From positions 15,805 to 79,804 of the forward strand of contig JAHBAT020000005.1 in assembly GCA_018499985.2 (NCBI GenBank): a stretch of 64,000 nt of DNA, in the 5' to 3' direction. The notes beneath the pieces are model-generated. The model saw only the letters and a list, made by a program, of their open reading frames with translations, ran no database searches and was not told the origin of the DNA. The translations under genes were made by a program, and so were the position numbers. Every line of letters starts with the position of its first letter. The stretch's first letter is position 1. The DNA comes from Candidatus Moraniibacteriota bacterium. Its GTDB lineage: Bacteria; Patescibacteriota; Minisyncoccia; Moranbacterales; UBA1568. Positions 60,954 to 64,000 of the stretch are shown here, in pieces.

Positions 60954-63900
60954 CTAATAATTAATATTTATTTTTCCATTTACTGTCTCCATATAGGGTA
61001 CCACAAGTCCTGGTAATACTTTACGAATACCTCTCCTCTCACATGTCTCTGGGTCAGCATCTTCGTCTTCTCTTCTATCCATGATATAGGTCTTATTTTT
61101 CTTCTTGAGATAGTGAGCTGTCAGTCTGTCATTATCTGAATGCAGATACGAAGTAAATGCTTTGATTTCATCTTTTCTCCTGTCTTCCTTGTAGAAATAC
61201 CTGAGTCTTGTGTCTCTGAGTACTCTAGGCGTTTCAGCATTATACTGGATGCTCTGTAGTGTGTATTCGCCTTTTTCTCTTCTGTTTTTGCTCGTAAAAG
61301 TAAGCTTGGTCGTATTGCCCGCTTGATCAGTGAGTGTGTATACATACCCTGCCTTAGTCACATATACACCCTCCTCTGGACTTGTGACAAGCAAACTGCC
61401 ACTCTTTGTATCGTAGCCAATTCTCGCTTCTGGTGGCGCTGTATCTACTGCAGCTGGATTCTCATACACCTGAGTCTCTCCTGGTGCAGCCTCAAGTGTA
61501 GTCTCTGTAGTGCCATCAGCATCAAAATCTATCTCCATCTCGGTAGGTAGAGATACACTTCCTGGAGCAATCTCTACTACGGTGTTTGCGAGAGTAGGGA
61601 TAGCCTCAAACTTGGTCTCACCCATCACTGTCTCGCCCTGAAGCTCTGTTTGTGTAAAAGTAAACGAGCCCTCAGCATAAGCCGTGAGCCTGACTGTATG
61701 CGCTGTATCTCTAGGGATAAGCACTGTCTTGATTTCTCCTATTTCAAAATACTGAGCACCCTTGATATCCTCTACTACTATATCGGCAGTACTATTCCAG
61801 CCAGCTATACGCCCTTCACTATCGGTCACTGTCAGGTGTAATGGTGAATGCACATCATATTTAATGTATGGCTTGTTCAGTGGTGTAGGTTCGAAAGAAG
61901 TAATATAATCATCCTCCGTATCAACAATATTTTCATCAATAAGAGACTTAATAAAGGGACGGAGAGAGTTCACTTCAAGAATATTCTTATGTTTTGTATC
62001 TGGAATGAATCGTTGTATAAAAGCTCTGTTATTATAAGTACCTAAATCAACCCAATATTTCTTTATCTTCGGATTCTCTGGCATATCATGAGCACTCGGG
62101 ACTAATACAGTTGCATCCCCATTAAGACTCATCTTATCCTCTACGGTCGTCGTATCAAGACTAATACTACAGACCGGACGACCGTTTTGAATTATATTAT
62201 GGACACATATTTTCTCATCTACTACTCGCAAACCCGCTACTGTATACATACCCCAGCCAGCTATCTGAATCACTTCCGTTTCTGGCGCTGGTACAAAAGA
62301 ATCAAGTGTCTGATGCACCTCTTCGGCTTGGTTTAATAGACTCTCATTTAGGACTTCCGGATTGAGCATGTCTTCATAGCTTGGACGACTGCGTCCTTCA
62401 GCTCCAAGGAAAAAATCCCTCATCTCTCCATAAGAGTTAATCTTATCTCCATAGCGACTCGTAATACTCGTATCAATATTGTTGCCCACAAACTCTATAG
62501 GCGGATTGATACTCCCAAACAACTTCTCACTTGGAAGCAGATTGTACATGGTAGGCATATCGTGAATCAGTGTGCGACTCCGCTTTGCCGAGACTCCTAA
62601 CCAAGCAATGCCAATCTTCGAGCCATAGAGCATACTCACGACACTATCTGGTGTACCAGTCTGCGGCACTCCTACAAGGATTATTTTGTCTATCTTATAA
62701 TAGAGAGGGTCATTGATATCTTTGAGTTTTTGGACAAAAGCCTTGATCACCAGGCCTCCATTGGAGTGACCGATAAGCGTCACCTTACCTGACTTCGAGT
62801 TTTCTTCTAAGGCTTTCGTTTTTTGATAAAGATAGCTCTCCTTGATATCCGTATTGTCTTCGGTATAGCGAAGATTACCACTTACATCTACCTTGCCATT
62901 CATCACTATATCTTCAAGTGATAGACGCCAATCGTAAGGAATAAAAGCATAGTCTGTGTACAAGCCCTCAGACTTCCAGGTCTCTAGGTCACCGAGAAAG
63001 CTGTCATACAAAGCACTGCCGTAAGCAGAGTCCACTATACCATGTTCTACTCCGTCATCAGCCTTTGTGTCATCCTTGGTGTAGACGTCATACTTACTCG
63101 TGCCATCACTATGCATAGTCATGAGCTCTTGCTTGGCATCACTACTTGATACCCAAAGCTCTTCTTCTCCTCCGGGAGCATAATTATACAAACGCGATCC
63201 CATAATACCTGGCAGAAACAAGACACTTGAGAAACAATCCAACTTACAAATAGGGTGCTCACTCAGGTATGGTGCAAAATTGACATTGGTAGTAACCACT
63301 GGCACTGAAGCAGGATTGCCATTGACTACTGGCCCAGTAGAATTACCCCAATAATTATTACTTGCATCTACCTCGATACCTGAAGTATTAGACACCCTAT
63401 TGCCAGTTGTTTCCAAAAGGGCGCTCCTCTGAATAGCCGCTGTCCCCTGGCCATTGGATACGAGACCTTCCTCGGCGCGAGCAAGCTCGCTTCGTACTAT
63501 ATCTACCGCTCCTCCTTTGGTATTGATAAGGCTCGTTTGAGAATCACTTAGGGCGCTTTCTGTCACCTTCAATGAACCGTAGTTTATAACTAGACCAGCC
63601 TCAGAAAAACCTGCCCCGCCACCGTAACGAAAAACTGTCCCCGTCGCCTCTATACTGCCTCCGCTATTATTGTATATTCTCGTCCACTGCCCACTACTGG
63701 GCACAGTCACAGCTCCATCCTGATTAGAGTCACCGCCTGCTGTATCGTCAAAATAACTTGTCAGGATAACTGGCTTTTCTTTGGTGCCTAGAGCCTTCAA
63801 GATGCCGTCATTGATAATATTGTTTGTACTGTTCCAAAACTTTACAACCACCCCTTCACGAAGGGTCAGCGTAGTGCCAGTATTGATTCTGGTAGAGTTG

Positions 63901-64000
63901 AACTGATATGGTAGACCATCCGACTGTAAATCCTTGCTGGTCGTAAACACCATATCTTGAAGATTAATCATGCGCTCACCTGTATTGCCACCTTCATTCA
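60954..64000 (-). CDS. large beta-helix / alpha-beta-hydrolase (lipase-like, GHSNGG) surface protein, 5' end probably outside window
   Basis: More than 1005 aa. The frame stays open upstream of ATG 63971 to the window edge (NEGGNTGER-M...). N-terminal region has pectate-lyase-like repeats. LIGHSNGGLV is a GxSxG nucleophile elbow. The C-terminal region looks beta-rich. Confidence 0.7.
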   Translation of the reverse strand, partial: NEGGNTGERMINLQDMVFTTSKDLQSDGLPYQFNSTRINTGTTLTLREGVVVKFWNSTNNIINDGILKALGTKEKPVILTSYFDDTAGGDSNQDGAVTVPSSGQWTRIYNNSGGSIEATGTVFRYGGGAGFSEAGLVINYGSLKVTESALSDSQTSLINTKGGAVDIVRSELARAEEGLVSNGQGTAAIQRSALLETTGNRVSNTSGIEVDASNNYWGNSTGPVVNGNPASVPVVTTNVNFAPYLSEHPICKLDCFSSVLFLPGIMGSRLYNYAPGGEEELWVSSSDAKQELMTMHSDGTSKYDVYTKDDTKADDGVEHGIVDSAYGSALYDSFLGDLETWKSEGLYTDYAFIPYDWRLSLEDIVMNGKVDVSGNLRYTEDNTDIKESYLYQKTKALEENSKSGKVTLIGHSNGGLVIKAFVQKLKDINDPLYYKIDKIILVGVPQTGTPDSVVSMLYGSKIGIAWLGVSAKRSRTLIHDMPTMYNLLPSEKLFGSINPPIEFVGNNIDTSITSRYGDKINSYGEMRDFFLGAEGRSRPSYEDMLNPEVLNESLLNQAEEVHQTLDSFVPAPETEVIQIAGWGMYTVAGLRVVDEKICVHNIIQNGRPVCSISLDTTTVEDKMSLNGDATVLVPSAHDMPENPKIKKYWVDLGTYNNRAFIQRFIPDTKHKNILEVNSLRPFIKSLIDENIVDTEDDYITSFEPTPLNKPYIKYDVHSPLHLTVTDSEGRIAGWNSTADIVVEDIKGAQYFEIGEIKTVLIPRDTAHTVRLTAYAEGSFTFTQTELQGETVMGETKFEAIPTLANTVVEIAPGSVSLPTEMEIDFDADGTTETTLEAAPGETQVYENPAAVDTAPPEARIGYDTKSGSLLVTSPEEGVYVTKAGYVYTLTDQAGNTTKLTFTSKNRREKGEYTLQSIQYNAETPRVLRDTRLRYFYKEDRRKDEIKAFTSYLHSDNDRLTAHYLKKKNKTYIMDRREDEDADPETCERRGIRKVLPGLVVPYMETVNGKININY

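Noticed and set aside
1-64000. Alternative genetic code (UGA recoding as in some CPR lineages)
   Set aside because: All conserved genes translate full-length with the standard code and end at normal positions. There are no in-frame UGA interruptions.
1-64000. tRNA, rRNA, CRISPR arrays, transposases, integrases, prophage structural genes
   Set aside because: I inspected all intergenic gaps above about 60 nt by eye. There were no cloverleaf-like sequences, no spaced direct-repeat arrays and no recognisable recombinase ORFs. An automated scan (tRNAscan-SE, Infernal, minced) should confirm this.

Overview
This is a gene-dense, AT-leaning bacterial chromosome segment with about 68 CDS, most of them on the minus strand. 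The gene content and style suggest a Patescibacteria/CPR-type genome, but that is inference only. Supporting traits are tiny intergenic gaps, ATGA overlaps, a minimal dcw block, dTDP-rhamnose genes, type IV pilus genes with giant pilin-like proteins and many small DUF membrane proteins. I found no rRNA, tRNA, CRISPR array, transposase or integrase.

Gene order:
- galU-rmlA-glyA-rmlD-rmlB-rmlC (0.4-5.9 kb)
- KH protein, then murF-ftsI-ftsL-rsmH-mraZ with MraZ boxes (6.0-11.6 kb)
- GNAT, bcp, DUF2207, rarA, a membrane-anchored FAD oxidase fusion and xthA (11.7-19.4 kb)
- miaB-like, a kinase and rlmN (20.2-23.0 kb)
- A type IV pilus block: pilMNO, three pilin-like genes and pilC (23.0-30.6 kb)
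- uvrA, folA and uvrC (31.6-36.5 kb)
- A co-directional Pif1 helicase / DUF1905 / phosphoesterase / DUF167 / DUF2779 nuclease / ExoX-like cluster (39.1-43.8 kb)
- Small membrane proteins and an MFS pump (44-47.8 kb)
- A defence-type island (48.2-56.6 kb)
- A large beta-helix/lipase-like protein running off the window end

Two things stand out.
1. The defence-type island contains a GIY-YIG nuclease, a RhuM-Doc/Fic fusion, a solo HNH nuclease, a DUF3800 gene and a Type III R-M operon. That operon carries an extra upstream PD-(D/E)XK/DUF5655-like gene.
2. Five short, visibly GC-richer cassettes sit at about 19.5-20.1, 34.5-35.1, 36.5-38.9, 47.8-48.1 and 56.6-60.5 kb. They encode mostly unrecognisable proteins. 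Each has its own near-consensus TTGAC-N17-TAnnnT promoter and GC-rich hairpin. They include a pair of four-Cys membrane-anchored paralogs and share hairpin and 3' tail sequence.

All functional calls rest on motif-level recognition by eye. No database search was possible.
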